NCBI GenBank assembly: GCA_965248755.1
Contig: OZ252149.1
Coordinates: forward strand, 288,001-352,000
Length of the DNA stretch: 64,000 bases
Direction: 5' to 3'
DNA from: Candidatus Latescibacterota bacterium
Lineage (GTDB): Bacteria > Latescibacterota > CBDEFO01
Positions 49,901 through 60,199 of this stretch are shown here, piece by piece. Numbering within the stretch: the first letter of the stretch is position 1; every line of letters begins with the position of its first letter. The translations under genes were made by a program, and so were the position numbers. A model generated the notes under the pieces. It worked only from the letters and a program-made list of their open reading frames with translations. It was not told the DNA's origin and searched no databases.

Positions 49901-49951
49901 ATCTTCCCCGTAACTCAGGAAATTTCTCAATGACAACTTAACAGGAATCAT
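46904..49951 (-). CDS. sbcC: SbcC/Rad50 SMC-family ATPase
   Basis: Walker A GENGHGKS, coiled coils, CPLC zinc hook, YSGGE signature, VIDEGFG, VVTH. Confidence 0.95.
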   Translation of the reverse strand: MIPVKLSLRNFLSYGEDVRPLDFTGFHVACLSGENGHGKSALLDAMTWSLWGQARKSRSRGANEGLLKIGASEMRVDFVFDVEGQRFRVIRSFRRGKGSGHPSLEFQVYDNDKGKYRVLSDVSSLRRTQEEIDDALKIDYDTFINSAFILQGRADEFTRKTPTERKQILADILGLSKYDLLWELSRSHYNKLDNEIEAYCRESQRINEELSHKDLYKEQIDGLTVRLSELSRGIESLEKVFSELREKKGDLERKREQVEDLESELDRIRDEIDDIKAQIDSSSDQIGEYEKIICKEDEIKRDISTYNRLIGQEREFTQRLGRLRDLESRKADVARKVEEAKHEVEKCKNLWEERLASEEKVLDEAKEILKREKEIENKYQELINSREENEGMEDLRGRQDELEKAALEIERKIEKAKSGFEVELGTLRNQITELGSKSEAQEYLKGRFEKIRQELERLEGLESESDGIRDTGSELNVKIDGDIKGMQDLEKEIAEENDKLDLIKESQDASCPLCESHIDEEKRENIVRKMEEKMEKVKGEIGVIRGELEEDEKERTELRRKYREAKKVLESLPSIRSGAAQADALFNEAVEAEGKIAELKENEEAVRTRLDEEDFAPEEREDLERVRRQIEGLGYNPQKHEEIRETLEKLRGFEAEKARLDSTLERYNVAMEAIPGIKEEIRTAKISLDKKKYAEKEQKELERVLDEIQKVEYDKREHEKIRLELDSLSQAPVQAERLRDARHKIDAVKEVLKILEKRFEDRIKRQDETKGNIKGLKVEIAGIVDVEEKISGIEKTLRDSRVNREKLLGEQGSAQARYDKCLELEEEKKEVTESLRKAQEERDIYDKLRRAFGKDGIQALIIENAIPEIEDEANDILSRLTDNKTHISIESQRGLKSGGLRETLDIKISDELGERDYELYSGGEAFRTNFALRIALSKLLARRAGTKLRTLVIDEGFGTQDSVGLGHLVGAIDKISKDFDKILVVTHLEELKRAFPVRIEVRKNAGSGSEFEIVT

Positions 49952-50172
49952 GGTGATATACTATCCCTTTAGCTTAGCAGTCGGTAAGATTAAACAAGCA
50001 GAAAATAGCACATTTGAAGGGGTCAGCGCACTTCCTGCCTTGCAGGAGAGTGCAGGCAACAAGCCACGAAGTGGTCGCCCCGAGGGCTGGGTAACCCAAC
50101 CCCTGCACTACGCAGTATACGGAGTGAGAAGGTACCCTGTCTACCCCCGATTGAATCTATCCCCGAGTGAAC

Positions 50173-51531
50173 CTATCGGGGGCTGCTGTCTACATTTTCA
50201 CCCTGTCTTTCAAGCTGATCCTCTAACTGGGCGGCGTATTTTTTTAATTCCTTACGAAAAGGTTCAAACTCAGGAGTGTTGTCAATGTACTTATCCAGAG
50301 CCTCGTCGACGCCTAACTCCTCGGACACCTCAGACCTCCTGATCCTCTCAGGGATCTCAACTTTCGGAATGATCCCTACAACGTAGAAAGCTCCAGTATC
50401 TCTTAAAGCCTTATCTATCGCCCTATAATCCACAGAACCTATGACGTCCTCGTACACAGTGTAAAGAACCCTCACAACAGCATCCTTAAGGTCGTTCTTT
50501 TTTATCTCTCTTAAGATAATCTGAGTCGGGTCTTCTCCCTTTTTCACCTCAGATATTATGGTTATAAAGGGTCTTGCGGGAGTCTCTATAAACTCGTATC
50601 TCACCTCCCTTTCCAAAGGTCTGTTATCTTTCTTCGCACACGCAACCTCCGAAAAAAGAGAAAGATTCTCATCCTCCGATTCAGTCCTGACGCCAGGCCC
50701 TTCGCTCTTATCTTTTATAGTCACCAGACAGAATCCCTTTTCCTCCTTCTCCTCGCCGAAGTCCACGCGCTCGACGCTCCCCGGATACACAACGTAGGGC
50801 CTTCCCCGTGGATTCAAATCCTGGAATTTGTGTATGTGCCCCAAAGCCACGTAATCGAACTGACTATTTGTCAGAACACTCGTCAAGAGCGTAGGATCTC
50901 TTCCTATCACCGCAGTCCTTTCGGATTTCGAATATTCCGCGTCAGCCGCAGTCACGTGAGCCAAGAGCACAGATGGAATTCTCTTGTCCAATTCATCACC
51001 AAATTTCTCAACAATGTCCGCGCAAATGCTCTCAATCTTCCTGGTAATCTCAAAAGCAGACAGCCCACTATATTCGTCCTTTGTCATAAGACGGCTCTGA
51101 GTGGGCCAAGGCAGACACGCGACCTGAATAGGCCCGGACTTTGTCTCGATATTAAAGATTCTTGGACCGGTCGCCACAGACACCTTTGAAATCCCCAAAG
51201 TCCCAAAAATATCAATAGAAGTCGCCCTCCCAAAGGCTCCAGGAATATCATGATTCCCCACGACCATCACAAAAGGAACGCCTGCACCGCTGAACTTCTT
51301 AACAAACGAAGCAAAGATCCTTTGATGAGTCGGACTGGGATGGCAGTTCTTATAAGCATCTCCCGAAAAGGCCACCAGATCGATCTCCTCCTCCATGCCC
51401 TTCTCATACACAAAATCCAGGCACTTTTCAAAGTCCTGCGTCCTGGTATGGAGACCCGTAGAAGGATCTATCAGCCCGTGATTTTCTACGCCGATGTGAA
51501 TATCGGCAGTGTGGAGAAACTTTATTTGCAT
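50173..51531 (-). CDS. sbcD: SbcD/Mre11 nuclease
   Basis: HTADIHIG, SGD, VGNHD, YVALGHIH, YPGSVERVDFGEE. Confidence 0.95.
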   Translation of the reverse strand: MQIKFLHTADIHIGVENHGLIDPSTGLHTRTQDFEKCLDFVYEKGMEEEIDLVAFSGDAYKNCHPSPTHQRIFASFVKKFSGAGVPFVMVVGNHDIPGAFGRATSIDIFGTLGISKVSVATGPRIFNIETKSGPIQVACLPWPTQSRLMTKDEYSGLSAFEITRKIESICADIVEKFGDELDKRIPSVLLAHVTAADAEYSKSERTAVIGRDPTLLTSVLTNSQFDYVALGHIHKFQDLNPRGRPYVVYPGSVERVDFGEEKEEKGFCLVTIKDKSEGPGVRTESEDENLSLFSEVACAKKDNRPLEREVRYEFIETPARPFITIISEVKKGEDPTQIILREIKKNDLKDAVVRVLYTVYEDVIGSVDYRAIDKALRDTGAFYVVGIIPKVEIPERIRRSEVSEELGVDEALDKYIDNTPEFEPFRKELKKYAAQLEDQLERQGENVDSSPR

Positions 51532-51544
51532 TTGTAATAGATCC

Positions 51545-52303
51545 TCAGCTAAGACCTAGAAGCCTTAAGGCATTTTCTCCTAACACCTTGTGTCTTGCCT
51601 TATCAGATATATCAGCGGTCATAACCCTCCCTAAATGTATCCTCGGATCCATAAGAGGCATGTCAGACCCAAACAACACTCGGTCCTCCCCCGCTCCGTT
51701 AACGAGGAATTCCACAGACCCGAAAGTGCTGTAAGACGAACATAACTCAAGATAGATATTTGAACACTTTCTCGCCGCCTCTATCGCCTCAATTCTACCT
51801 GGGGGAGTCACGCCCGCATGTCCCAACACCCACTTTACATTCTTGTATTTCTGGGCCAACGGCACGAAGAAAGACGGATTACTGGGACCGCCAGTAACAT
51901 CTGTGTGCGATATAATCGTTAAACCCCTTTCATTTGCAAACTTGAATATCCCTTCCCATGCGGGATCCTCCGCTGACCTCCCAAAATACGGAGGATATAT
52001 CTTTATCGCCCTCATTTTGAGTTTATCGATCGCCCTAAGTAGCTCGTTTTCCACCTCCTCAGGGTAGTACGGAGTCACGAAAGCAAAGCCTACGAACCTG
52101 TCCGGATAGCGCTCCACAGCTTTGGCTACTTCATCGTTCCCGAAACTCGCATTCCCCCGGTGGATGTTAAAGAGACACGCCATATCTACCCCGGCAGAAT
52201 CCATAACCCTTATCAAATCCTCCAGATCGTCGTACATACACAAGCGCTGGCAGGGGCCTATGTGACAGTGAAAATCTACGACCTTAGCTCCATCAATCAC
52301 CAT
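51545..52303 (-). CDS. amidohydrolase family (Amidohydro_2) protein, duplicate copy
   Basis: DFHCHIG, SHT, LGHAG, VLFGSDMP. Confidence 0.9.
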   Translation of the reverse strand: MVIDGAKVVDFHCHIGPCQRLCMYDDLEDLIRVMDSAGVDMACLFNIHRGNASFGNDEVAKAVERYPDRFVGFAFVTPYYPEEVENELLRAIDKLKMRAIKIYPPYFGRSAEDPAWEGIFKFANERGLTIISHTDVTGGPSNPSFFVPLAQKYKNVKWVLGHAGVTPPGRIEAIEAARKCSNIYLELCSSYSTFGSVEFLVNGAGEDRVLFGSDMPLMDPRIHLGRVMTADISDKARHKVLGENALRLLGLS

Positions 52304-52535
52304 TTAGAAGAACCTCCAGAATATCCCGGCGGATAGCCCTCAAAACGTTATCAGATAGCCCGCAGTTGTTCAGATAATAAAGATACGCCCCTCCGTCCAT
52401 CTCAGGGAAGCCCGACCCGAATATTAACCTTTGGGAACCGAAACTGCTGACAAATCTTTCGACAGGTACCATAACGTAATACCGTGAAAGCTGCACGTAG
52501 AGATTCGGTAAATGCTCCATCATTCCAATAATCAC
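52293..52535 (-). pseudogene. duplicated 3' third of 53323..54060
   Basis: GMMEHLPNLYV...LLNGD is near-identical to the C-terminus of 53323..54060. Confidence 0.9.
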
Positions 52536-52574
52536 AAAGTGTGGAGAAATTTTATTTGCATTGTTAATAGATCC

Positions 52575-53333
52575 TCAGCTAAGACCTAGAAGCCTTAAGG
52601 CATTTTCTCCCAATACCTTGTGTCTTGTCTCCTCAGATATATCAGCGGTCATAACTCTCCCTAAATGTATCCTCGGATCCATAAGAGGCATGTCAGACCC
52701 AAACAACACTCGGTCCTCCCCCGCTCCGTTAACAAGGAATTCCACAGAGCCGAAAGTGCTGTAAGACGAACATATCTCAAGATAGATATTTGAACACTTT
52801 CTCGCCGCCTCTATCGCCTCAATTCTCCCTGGGGGAGTCACACCCGCATGTCCCAACACCAACTTTACATTCTTATATTTCTGGGCTAACGGCACGAAGA
52901 AAGACGGATTACTGGGACCTCCAGTAACATCTGTGTGCGATATAATCGTTAAACCCCTTTCATTTGCAAACTTGAATATCCCTTCCCATGCGGGATCCTC
53001 CACAGTCCTCCCAAAATACGGAGGATATATCTTTATCGCCCTCATTTTGAGTTTATCTATCGCCCTAAGTAACTCGTTTTCCACCTCCTCAGGGTAGTAC
53101 GGAGTCACGAAAGCAAAGCCTATGAACCTGTCCGGATAGCGCTCCACAGCTTTGGCTACTTCATCGTTCCCGAAACTCGCATTCCCCCGGAAGATGTTAA
53201 AGAGACACACCATATCTACCCCGGCAGAATCCATAACCCTTATCATATCCTCCAGATCGTCGTACATACACAAGCGCTGCCAGGTGCCTATGTGACAGTG
53301 AAAATCTATGACCTTAGCTCCGTTAATCGCCAT
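52575..53333 (-). CDS. amidohydrolase family (Amidohydro_2) protein
   Basis: Same motifs; near-identical to 51545..52303 (offset 1030 bp). Confidence 0.9.
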   Translation of the reverse strand: MAINGAKVIDFHCHIGTWQRLCMYDDLEDMIRVMDSAGVDMVCLFNIFRGNASFGNDEVAKAVERYPDRFIGFAFVTPYYPEEVENELLRAIDKLKMRAIKIYPPYFGRTVEDPAWEGIFKFANERGLTIISHTDVTGGPSNPSFFVPLAQKYKNVKLVLGHAGVTPPGRIEAIEAARKCSNIYLEICSSYSTFGSVEFLVNGAGEDRVLFGSDMPLMDPRIHLGRVMTADISEETRHKVLGENALRLLGLS

Positions 53334-54060
53334 TTAGAAGAACCTCCAGATTATCCCGGCAGATAGCCCTCAACACGTCGTCAGATAGGCCGCAGTTGTT
53401 CAGATAGTAAAGATACGCCCCTCCGTCCATCTCAGGGAAGCCCGACCCGAATATCAACCTTTGGGAACCGAATCTGCTGACAAACCTTTCGACAGGTTCC
53501 ATAACGTAATACCGTGAAAGCTCCACGTAGAGATTCGGTAAGTGCTCCATCATTCCAAAAACCACAATTTGATGGGTGTAATGCACCCCCACCAGCACTA
53601 TGTTTATCGCCGGATGCGCCCTTGCCATCTCATAGAGATCCTTCATGTCCACCTCATCAATTGGGAGCCATAAGGCTATCCCCTCATCCTCCATCCACTC
53701 CATCCAATCCCCCACCATCCACGACACGAATGGATACGTATGTGTCTTTGGGTATGCCCTCAGACTCTTTATCCCTTTGTCCTTAACACCTTCCTTAAAA
53801 TCCTCAAATAACTCAGCCGGGAAATTGGCTACAAACTGAGGCACAAGCCCTGAAAACCCCTCAACGGTTTTCAGAATCTCTCTATTCCCCTCAACGCTAT
53901 CGTATGTAACCCCATAGGGATTGTAAACCAATGCCTTATCTATTCCAAGTCTTTCCATAACCATCAGAAGACCCTCTGGGGTGTCCACGCTCACCCTCGC
54001 ATCGTGCCTCCTCCCCAAAGCCACATTTCCATCAAAGACAGGAACTCTGGATTTGAACAA
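53323..54060 (-). CDS. amidohydrolase-fold protein lacking the metal-binding HxH motif
   Basis: VFDGNVALG in place of DxHxH; RLIFGSGFP in place of FGSD. Confidence 0.75.
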   Translation of the reverse strand: MFKSRVPVFDGNVALGRRHDARVSVDTPEGLLMVMERLGIDKALVYNPYGVTYDSVEGNREILKTVEGFSGLVPQFVANFPAELFEDFKEGVKDKGIKSLRAYPKTHTYPFVSWMVGDWMEWMEDEGIALWLPIDEVDMKDLYEMARAHPAINIVLVGVHYTHQIVVFGMMEHLPNLYVELSRYYVMEPVERFVSRFGSQRLIFGSGFPEMDGGAYLYYLNNCGLSDDVLRAICRDNLEVLLNGD

Positions 54061-54141
54061 CGTTTGTCTCCTCTCTCCTCAAGTAGATAGGGTACCGTCT
54101 TCCCCTGTTGAATGTCTAGCCCCAATAGATTCAATTGGGGA

Positions 54142-55098
54142 CTACTGACTACTGTCTCCTTGCCCTCCCTTCACACCCCCGAATATGATCTTCCACGGAT
54201 GCCTGGCCACATCCTTGAAAGACGCCGAAATATCCTCCATGTTTTTGAGCGTCGAATCTATTTGCGCTCTATTTTCTACAGTTAGATTGTCCAGATTCGA
54301 CATCAACTTCTCCATCTGATTCAAACTCCTCTGGAGAGCCTCCAGCGCATCCTTTATGTTCTCACTGTTGTCACCTAATATTTCGTTCAGACTCGTCAAC
54401 GTCTCCTTCGAGTAATCCAGGTTTTCATTCAACTTATCTATAGACTCCTTAATACCCGGCTCCAGGGTAGCAATTAGGGACTCGCTCCTTGTGAGCATAG
54501 ACTGAGCGTCCTTGCTCAAGCCCTCCACGTCTTTTGAAATCTTGTGAACTACCTCCACAAACTTCCTGAATCTACCCCCAATTTCTGCGTCCCTTATCTT
54601 CACTGACATTTCAGTCATCCTCTCCAGCATAGTCGCTGCCTTGGCCATGAGTGTCCCGGTATCCAGAGCTTTCTTACCCTTCATAGTAGCACCGGCCTTA
54701 AACGGCAGGTCCCGCTGACTCGAAACGTCTAAATTTATAAAACTATCGCCCACAATTCCCCCTCCCTTAACCTCTCCCACTGTCCCCTCAATAACAGGAT
54801 ATTCGTTCTTGATAGCCAATTCTACAACAAAAAAGACACCCTCTTTTTGCGGTTCAGGATAAAACTCAACTTGCTTGACCTTTCCCACCTCAAAGCCCCT
54901 CAACTTCACCTTCGCGCCCACTCCTATATTTCCTATCGACTTAAACTCCACAAAGAGCGGATAATGCCCTAATGTCAGCCCCTGTTTGAGCACTATGGTA
55001 AAGACCAAAAGGCCGATAGCTACGATCACGCACCCTCCGACCAATATATCCGTCTTCTTGCTCCTCTTAAATTCCATCATATCTACCACACTCCCCAA
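54142..55098 (-). CDS. MlaD/MCE family protein
   Basis: N-terminal TM; IGVGAKVKLRGFEVGKV, GIVGDSFINL; helical tail ending HPWKIIFG. Confidence 0.9.
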   Translation of the reverse strand: MGSVVDMMEFKRSKKTDILVGGCVIVAIGLLVFTIVLKQGLTLGHYPLFVEFKSIGNIGVGAKVKLRGFEVGKVKQVEFYPEPQKEGVFFVVELAIKNEYPVIEGTVGEVKGGGIVGDSFINLDVSSQRDLPFKAGATMKGKKALDTGTLMAKAATMLERMTEMSVKIRDAEIGGRFRKFVEVVHKISKDVEGLSKDAQSMLTRSESLIATLEPGIKESIDKLNENLDYSKETLTSLNEILGDNSENIKDALEALQRSLNQMEKLMSNLDNLTVENRAQIDSTLKNMEDISASFKDVARHPWKIIFGGVKGGQGDSSQ

Positions 55099-55159
55099 AT
55101 CCTTCTCTATCGACCGAAAACAACTTTAAGAGAGACGGATACGACATAATCCCCCTCGA

Positions 55160-55579
55160 TCAATCCTGTTCTGCCCTTAATCTTTTGATCTGCCTCTGCT
55201 CCTTCTCTTTGATCTTCTCTTCAAACGTCCTTATGTCTATAATGTGTTTTTGATATGTCCCCTCGGATATAATGCCCTCCTCGTCCAATATCTCCACATC
55301 GAACACTATCCTCCGACCATCAATTTTAACTAACCTCACACGACACGCCACTTCCATCCACATCGGTACCGGAGCACTATGTGTGACGTTCACGGCCGTC
55401 CCGACTGTGATCAAACCTGGCTCCAAGTAAGCGTCCACCACCTTTGCCGCCGTCCTTTCAATTAAGCCTATGAGCGGCATCGTGCCCAAAACATCCGGCC
55501 TTTTAGGATGCACAAGTTTCGCCGAATGCTCAGGTGAAACTGTCATCCTCATTTCACCCCTCAAACCGACCTCAAGCAT
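55160..55579 (-). CDS. hotdog-fold thioesterase (FlK-like)
   Basis: VLGTMPLIGLIE, TVGTAVNVTHSAP. Confidence 0.88.
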   Translation of the reverse strand: MLEVGLRGEMRMTVSPEHSAKLVHPKRPDVLGTMPLIGLIERTAAKVVDAYLEPGLITVGTAVNVTHSAPVPMWMEVACRVRLVKIDGRRIVFDVEILDEEGIISEGTYQKHIIDIRTFEEKIKEKEQRQIKRLRAEQD

Positions 55580-55798
55580 TCTATTCATCCTAAGATTAAA
55601 GCAACTAGACTGTAACTTAGCATTGTCCGATCTTTCCCTAAATAATAAAGGCATATATAGTACCTTTGTCAAGAAGATTTGAAAGGTCATCCTATGGTTT
55701 TCTGTTGACAGAGCCGCAAATCTTTGATATATTGGTCTACTACCTTTTTCGAGCAAACTGCAACTACTGGGTTAGATGGAAAGGATGATATTTGCAAA

Positions 55799-56206
55799 GT
55801 GAAGTTCGACGCTAACAGCATAGATCACATAGCCATAGCAGTCCAAGACATTGATATGTCTTTAAGAGTTTACTCTAATGCCTTGGGATTCGAGATAACC
55901 GGTCAGGAAACATTAGATAGCGAAAACGTAAAGGTCTCCTTTCTAGACTGCAAAGGGTGCCGGATAGAGCTTTTAGAGCCTCTGTCAGAAGAGGGGCACA
56001 TCTCCAAATTTCTGAGAGATAAGAAAGGTGGCGTTCATCACATCTGCTTCTCCGTCGAAGATATAGGTGAATCTATCGAATCTTGCAGACGCGAGGGGAT
56101 GAACTTTATAGAACCTGCTCCAAGAGAAGGGTCAGAAGGGAAAAAGGTCGCCTTCATACATCCCGAATCATCAGACGGAGTGTTGATCGAACTTCGTGAA
56201 AAATAA
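55799..56206 (+). CDS. mce: methylmalonyl-CoA epimerase
   Basis: IDHIAIAV, IELLEP, ISKFL...GGVHHICF, VAFIHP...GVLIEL. Confidence 0.92.
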   Translation: MKFDANSIDHIAIAVQDIDMSLRVYSNALGFEITGQETLDSENVKVSFLDCKGCRIELLEPLSEEGHISKFLRDKKGGVHHICFSVEDIGESIESCRREGMNFIEPAPREGSEGKKVAFIHPESSDGVLIELREK

Positions 56207-56331
56207 AGTCCCCTTTCAACCGTCATCCTTGACTTCAAAAGTGGACAAGGCTAAATTTAAGAAGATTGTCTTGAATCACAGATCTGAATACTTGATCTGT
56301 CGAGTTGTTATCTGCAAACAGATCTTACATT

Positions 56332-56751
56332 ATGAAAATATACACGAAATCGGGAGATGACGGATACACAGGCCTGCTTCGAGGCGGAAGAATCTTAAAA
56401 AGTTCGCTTAGAGTCGAGGCTTACGGAACTGTGGATGAACTTAATGCGTCTATAGGCGTAGTAAGGTCGTTCAACCAAGATAAGGAGATAGACTCCATTT
56501 TGGAAGGGATTCAGAACGACCTCCATATCCTGGGCGCTCAATTAGCATCGGCTGTCTCGAAGGGAAAGGCGCCATCAATTTCCTCCCAAAGAGTAGACCA
56601 GTTAGAGAATATCATAGATAAGTGCGAAGGAGAGCTGAATCCCCTGAGGTACTTCATCCTTCCCGGCGGATCATCTGCCGCGGCGTTTCTGCACCTTTCC
56701 AGAGGGATATGCCCCAGAGCCGAAAGGAGAGCCGTAGCCCTATCTAAAGAC
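56332..56751 (+). pseudogene. 3'-truncated copy of PduO-type cob(I)alamin adenosyltransferase
   Basis: MKIYTKSGDDG...FILPGG...RAERRAV. Lacks the C-terminal YLNRLSD; direct repeat of 61295-61714. Confidence 0.88.
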
Positions 56752-56819
56752 GGAGCCATCCCTGAACACCCATTATCAGGAACTTTCAATCAGTCGAACA
56801 AGGAGGTGAAAATGAGGGG

Positions 56820-57668
56820 ATGAAATATAAGCATATCGATGTCAATTCAATCACTAGCGCGCTTGGGGCAGAGATCACTGGCGTTGATCTGTCAAAGCCG
56901 CTCAACAACGAAACCTTTGCCGAAATCCACAGGGCGCATCTGGAGCATCTGGTTCTATTCTTCCCGGGTCAGAAAATCACACCGGATACGCTCAAGGTAT
57001 TCGGACACAGGTTCGGTGAACTGAGCGTACACCCGTTCCTGCCCAATCTGGAAGAACATCCGGAAATCATCGTCATCGATAAGCAGGAAGATAAGATGAC
57101 CAACGTTGGCAACGGGTGGCATTCGGACATGTCTTTTCTTGAAAAACCACCGCTTGGCTCGATATTGCATGCTCAGATCATAGCCCCCTATGGTGGCGAT
57201 ACTCTCTTTGCCAACATGTACCTTGTGTATGAAGCTCTCTCGGAAGGGATGAAAAATCTGCTCGACGGGCTGTGGGCTATACATGACTACACTAAAGTCT
57301 TCAAAGAGTCGGCACGCCACGGAAGGACCAAGGTCAGCGAAACCGACGTGGAAGCAGCCCGGGAAGAGCTACCCTCGGTCGAGCACCCGGTCGTGCGAAC
57401 CCACCCGGAGACGGGCCGGAAGTTACTCTATGTCAACCCCTTTTTCACATCGCACATTAAGGGCATGACCCAGCAGGAAAGCCAGCCGTTGCTGGAGTTT
57501 CTCTACCAGCATACCGCCAAACCGGAATTCACCTGCCGCTACCGTTGGACGCAAAATGCGATCGCCTTTTGGGACAATCGCTGTACGCAGCATTATGCGA
57601 TCAACGACTACCACGGATATCGACGTTGCATGTACAGAGTGACGATCAATGGAGATCGTCCGTTCTAA
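56820..57668 (+). CDS. tauD: TauD/TfdA family Fe(II)/2-oxoglutarate dioxygenase
   Basis: LGAEITGVDL, WHSD, GGDTLFAN, HPVVRTHPETGRK, WDNRCTQHYA. Confidence 0.92.
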   Translation: MKYKHIDVNSITSALGAEITGVDLSKPLNNETFAEIHRAHLEHLVLFFPGQKITPDTLKVFGHRFGELSVHPFLPNLEEHPEIIVIDKQEDKMTNVGNGWHSDMSFLEKPPLGSILHAQIIAPYGGDTLFANMYLVYEALSEGMKNLLDGLWAIHDYTKVFKESARHGRTKVSETDVEAAREELPSVEHPVVRTHPETGRKLLYVNPFFTSHIKGMTQQESQPLLEFLYQHTAKPEFTCRYRWTQNAIAFWDNRCTQHYAINDYHGYRRCMYRVTINGDRPF

Positions 57669-58573
57669 AAGTATGCCTCACTAGAAGCCTTGTGAAAAAC
57701 TCTTAAATCGAAAACATAGTATAAAAACATTGACGGAGCAATCTCCATGTATTATATTATATCATTGATAATATTATACATGGAGGAAATAATGACACCA
57801 CAGAAGAAGGAACAGACAAATCCGATATTTCACTATTTTCAGATGGAGGATTTAGTTCCCCAAGACCATATTCTCCGTCAAATTGATAAAGCGGTTGATT
57901 TTTCATTTGTATGAGACGTTGTGTCAGATTGTTATTGCTCTGATAATGGCAGACCCGGTATTGATCCTGAATTAGTTATTCGAATGATCCTTATCGGCTA
58001 TTTGTATAATTTGAGTGAGAATCGGCTTTGTCAGGAAGTGGCGATGCATGCGGCATATAGGTTGTTTTGTCATCAGACATTTGAGGATGAGGTTCCAGAC
58101 AGAAGCACGATCAACAAGCTTCGCAATCACAAGTGGGCATCTAGTGGATTGTTTGAACAGATAATGCGTCAGGTAGTCCAGCGCTGTATAGATGTCGGTC
58201 TTGTGAGCGGTAAACACTTAAGTGTTGATGGCACTCAGATACGAGCGAATGCTTCGGTGAAGAGTATTGAGCCGATAGAGCTTCCTGTTTCTCTTGATGA
58301 CTACCTAAAGGAAATGGGTTTTGAAGGTGATAAGGTACAGGCCGAAGATAGGTCTGGGCATTCTCACGATAAGGACTTTCATGGTGAAAAGTGGACGAAC
58401 CAGACGCACCGTTCGACTACAGACCCCGATGCTCTCTTATACAAAAAGTCAAAAGGCACGGGGGCTTCTCTTTCGTTTATGGGTCATGATCTCATCGACA
58501 CAAAAAGTAGAGTAATCCTTGAGACACAGGGCACACAGGCGACAGGGACAGCCGAGACTGAAAGTGCCCTTAA

Positions 58574-60199
58574 CCCCCATTCGCCATATTAGACCCGAAA
58601 AATGGTTGTCAAAGTCGCCAGAACATGTTATATTACAATAAATAAGACTCATAAATGGCGGATAAATATTGATCATCCAGAGGGTGAAAGAATGAAAGTA
58701 GGTTTTGATGGAGGAATAAAGCTTGAATTTCATGGTGCAAAGGTGACATCAAACGGTGGACTTCTTGCGTATCGTGACCTTGATTACGCACTGGGATTAT
58801 TTGATTCGGTATCAGCGGTTTTTACCGATAAACGCACAGGCCGTAATATCCAACATGATATATCTACTCTCCTGCGTCAATCGATATACAGCCGTCTTGC
58901 AGGATATGAAGATGTAAATGACGCCGAGCGATTATCCGTTGATCCCGTCATGCGAGCGATTACCGGAAAGAAGGACAAAGGCAGGCAAGCTGCCAGCTCC
59001 AACACGATAGGACGTTTTGAAACTGATATACTGACTCAGCATGACAATCTCAGAAACTTGTCAGATATCAATGGCAAGTGGGTTCAAAAAGCGATGAGTA
59101 AAACACAGCATCAACGAATCATTCTGGACATGGACAGTTCGGAGAGTCCGGTACATGGCCAGCAGGAAGGATCAGCTTACAACGGTCATTTCGGATGTAC
59201 CTGTTTTCATCCAGTGTTCTGCTTCAATCAGTTCGGGGATTGTGAAGGAGTCCTACTTCGCTCTGGTAATGTTCACAGTGCTGATCGTTGGAAGGAAGTT
59301 CTGGAACCGATCGTCAAGAGATACGAGAGCAAGAAGAATAGGAAATACTTTCGAGGCGATGCTGCATTCGCAAAGCCTGAGATTTATGATTATCTGGAGG
59401 GAAACGGCTATTTGTATGCCATTCGGTTTCCCGCAAATGAGATACTCTATGAAAAGATACGATACCTGCTGACTCGGCCAGTTGGACGACCGCCGAGGAA
59501 ACCGATTGTATCGTTATATGAATTTCAATATAAAGCGGCCAGTTGGGATCAATCGAGGCGAGTGGTCGCCAAGGTTGAATGGCACCAAGGGGAGTTATTC
59601 CCAAGAGTGGGATTTATCGTGACCAACATGAGCGCCAAGCCAGAAGGCGTGGTACACTTCTACAATGGCCGTGGCAGAGCTGAGCAGTGGATTAAGGAGG
59701 GCAAGTATGCTCTGAACTGGACCCGACTCTCATGCAAGCGTTTCGTCTCCAATCAGGTGAGGCTCTGGCTGTTTGTTCTGGCTTACAACTTGGGCAACTT
59801 CCTGCGACGTTTTGTTCTTCCGAAGAAAATCAAACACTGGTCACTACGCAGCCTCCTCGTGAAATTTATCAAAATCGGAGCGAAGATTGTCAGACACAGC
59901 GGATATATTACGTTTCAAATGGCTGAGGTTGGGATAGACAAGAGGTTATTTGCCGAAATATTATCCCGGATTGAACGATTGCGATGTTATTCTGTTTAAA
60001 CTGCCACATTTTTTTGTGAGTCGATGGAGAGGTGTCTCTAATTGGAGGATTTAAACACAAAGAAAGTGATAATTCAGAGGAAAATACTATTTTAATTGAA
60101 AAAAGTACTTGTTGAAAAATGTAAAAGTGGTAATATTAATTCAGAAACAAGAATGTATCGAAATATAATCCCTCATGAATGTGATATGGGGAATGTCGG
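58574..60199 (+). mobile_element. IS1380-family element
   Basis: IRs CCCCCATTCGCCATAT / ATATGGGGAATGTCGG; 5-bp target duplication CTTAA at 58569-58573 and 60200-60204. Confidence 0.9.
58602..59999 (+). CDS. IS1380-family transposase
   Basis: VTSNGGLL, LAGYEDVNDA, LDMDSSESPVHG.QEG..YNGH, FRGDAAF, YNGRG.AEQWIKEGK. The start may be 58692. Confidence 0.95.
   Translation: MVVKVARTCYITINKTHKWRINIDHPEGERMKVGFDGGIKLEFHGAKVTSNGGLLAYRDLDYALGLFDSVSAVFTDKRTGRNIQHDISTLLRQSIYSRLAGYEDVNDAERLSVDPVMRAITGKKDKGRQAASSNTIGRFETDILTQHDNLRNLSDINGKWVQKAMSKTQHQRIILDMDSSESPVHGQQEGSAYNGHFGCTCFHPVFCFNQFGDCEGVLLRSGNVHSADRWKEVLEPIVKRYESKKNRKYFRGDAAFAKPEIYDYLEGNGYLYAIRFPANEILYEKIRYLLTRPVGRPPRKPIVSLYEFQYKAASWDQSRRVVAKVEWHQGELFPRVGFIVTNMSAKPEGVVHFYNGRGRAEQWIKEGKYALNWTRLSCKRFVSNQVRLWLFVLAYNLGNFLRRFVLPKKIKHWSLRSLLVKFIKIGAKIVRHSGYITFQMAEVGIDKRLFAEILSRIERLRCYSV

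Noticed and set aside
46904..51531. SbcCD as a novel SMC-type defence system (Wadjet/Lamassu)
   Set aside because: Canonical Rad50/Mre11 motifs in a housekeeping context with no accessory effector genes.
54142..55098. MlaD without adjacent mlaE/mlaF
   Set aside because: Partners are often encoded elsewhere; this cannot be judged from one window.
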